DNA from: Trichosphaerium sp. ATCC 40318
Taxonomy: Eukaryota > Protista > Tubulinea
NCBI GenBank assembly: GCA_038496445.1
Contig: JALMLS010000438.1
Location: 124,001-188,000 of the forward strand
DNA length: 64,000 nucleotides
Reading direction: 5' to 3'
A program made the translations under genes and the position numbers. This document shows positions 63,320 to 64,000 of the stretch, piece by piece. The notes beneath the pieces are model-generated. The model ran no database searches. It was given only the letters and a program-made list of their open reading frames with translations, and was not told the DNA's origin. Within the stretch, counting starts at the first letter, position 1. Each line of letters opens with the position of its first letter.

Positions 63320-64000
63320 CATATGTAGCTTCCGAAAAAAACCGAACTACGAACGCCCCTACTAGTAACTACTAAGATTCTTCTAGAGTTGCTCCGCATC
63401 TCGCTATGCAGTTTCCCAACTGGAATCTAACAAAAAAAGAACTTACTCGATTTTAGAGTTGGAGCAGCTGTTACTTTTGCATAGTAGTTATCCATATTAT
63501 CAAAAGATTGTTTACTTGTATTTTTGTTCTAAAGCAACAAATAGTACATTGCGAAGGAAAAACCAAATACGAAAAAAAAGAAAATCTAACCCAAGGTAAA
63601 ACCAGTGTAATTCCTACTGTAGCAACCATTTGTACAAACTCATTCTCTACCTTGTCAAACGAACTCCCAAAAACTGTTTCGGTGTCTTCTATTGATTGCA
63701 ACTCCATCCTATAGTATTCGATTTTAAGTCCAGAAAACTGGTTCCTTTTCAGCAACAAACCCAAAAAAAAAGTGAAAAGTCGCACAAATTCGAATGTCTC
63801 TCATTCCTACAGTCACAAATGGATGATCTAAGTATCTCCAAGGTTATTTATATTGACAAGACAACAATCAATGAATATATAGGCACTGTAGAGTAACGGC
63901 GTGTAAACTTTTTCGAATTCTTTATTTCAAGGTTCCAAAACCCACTTGAGCAGCGTAAAATGGACTCTCTTCTTTACCTTCATCGACAGACTCTAAATTA
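63320..64000 (-). CDS. Partial spliced hypothetical gene (3' end)
   Basis: Exon-like segment NQFSGLKIEYYRMELQSIEDTETVFGSSFDKVENEFVQMVATVGITLVLPW bounded by AG/GT. No recognisable domain. Confidence 0.3.

Overview
AT-rich eukaryotic genomic DNA with many short (about 36-60 nt) introns. The gene content (Zn2Cys6 factor, vWA/Cys-repeat integrin-beta/Sib-like adhesin, giant-virus-style repeat proteins) suggests a free-living amoeba (inference). Housekeeping genes (TPI, TBC/EF-hand RabGAP, Zn2Cys6 TF, RdRP, AlkB, Rab, BTB protein, beta-propeller) are interspersed with fast-evolving repeat-protein families. Two systems stand out. (1) Three paralogous ankyrin-array + helical + PARP (H-Y-E) + coiled-coil genes, with the PARP part of copy A lying outside the window. 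Almost every ankyrin repeat is its own 99-nt symmetric phase-1 exon. Repeat number is about 22, 11 and 10, with visible duplication, deletion, fusion and intron-exonisation scars, and an orphan terminal exon of a fourth copy. This looks like a variable-sensor/conserved-effector, exon-shuffling receptor family. (2) A 2.9-kb apparently spliced and polyadenylated non-coding locus (37.75-40.68 kb) built from arrays of structured RNA modules: five covarying hairpins, seven GAA/AGUA loop-E hairpins, four post-donor hairpins and a 225-bp-period tandem duplication. It lies next to a head-to-head AlkB/RdRP pair. Also notable: an F-box fused to a cullin N-terminal-like repeat, an intron-rich MARTX-toxin-ABH-like hydrolase, F-box-LRR/MORN genes with intron-free repeat arrays, a degenerate Rab, several MITE/foldback elements, GC-AG introns and strong CACGTG enrichment. 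All gene models were spliced by eye and no database searches were run.
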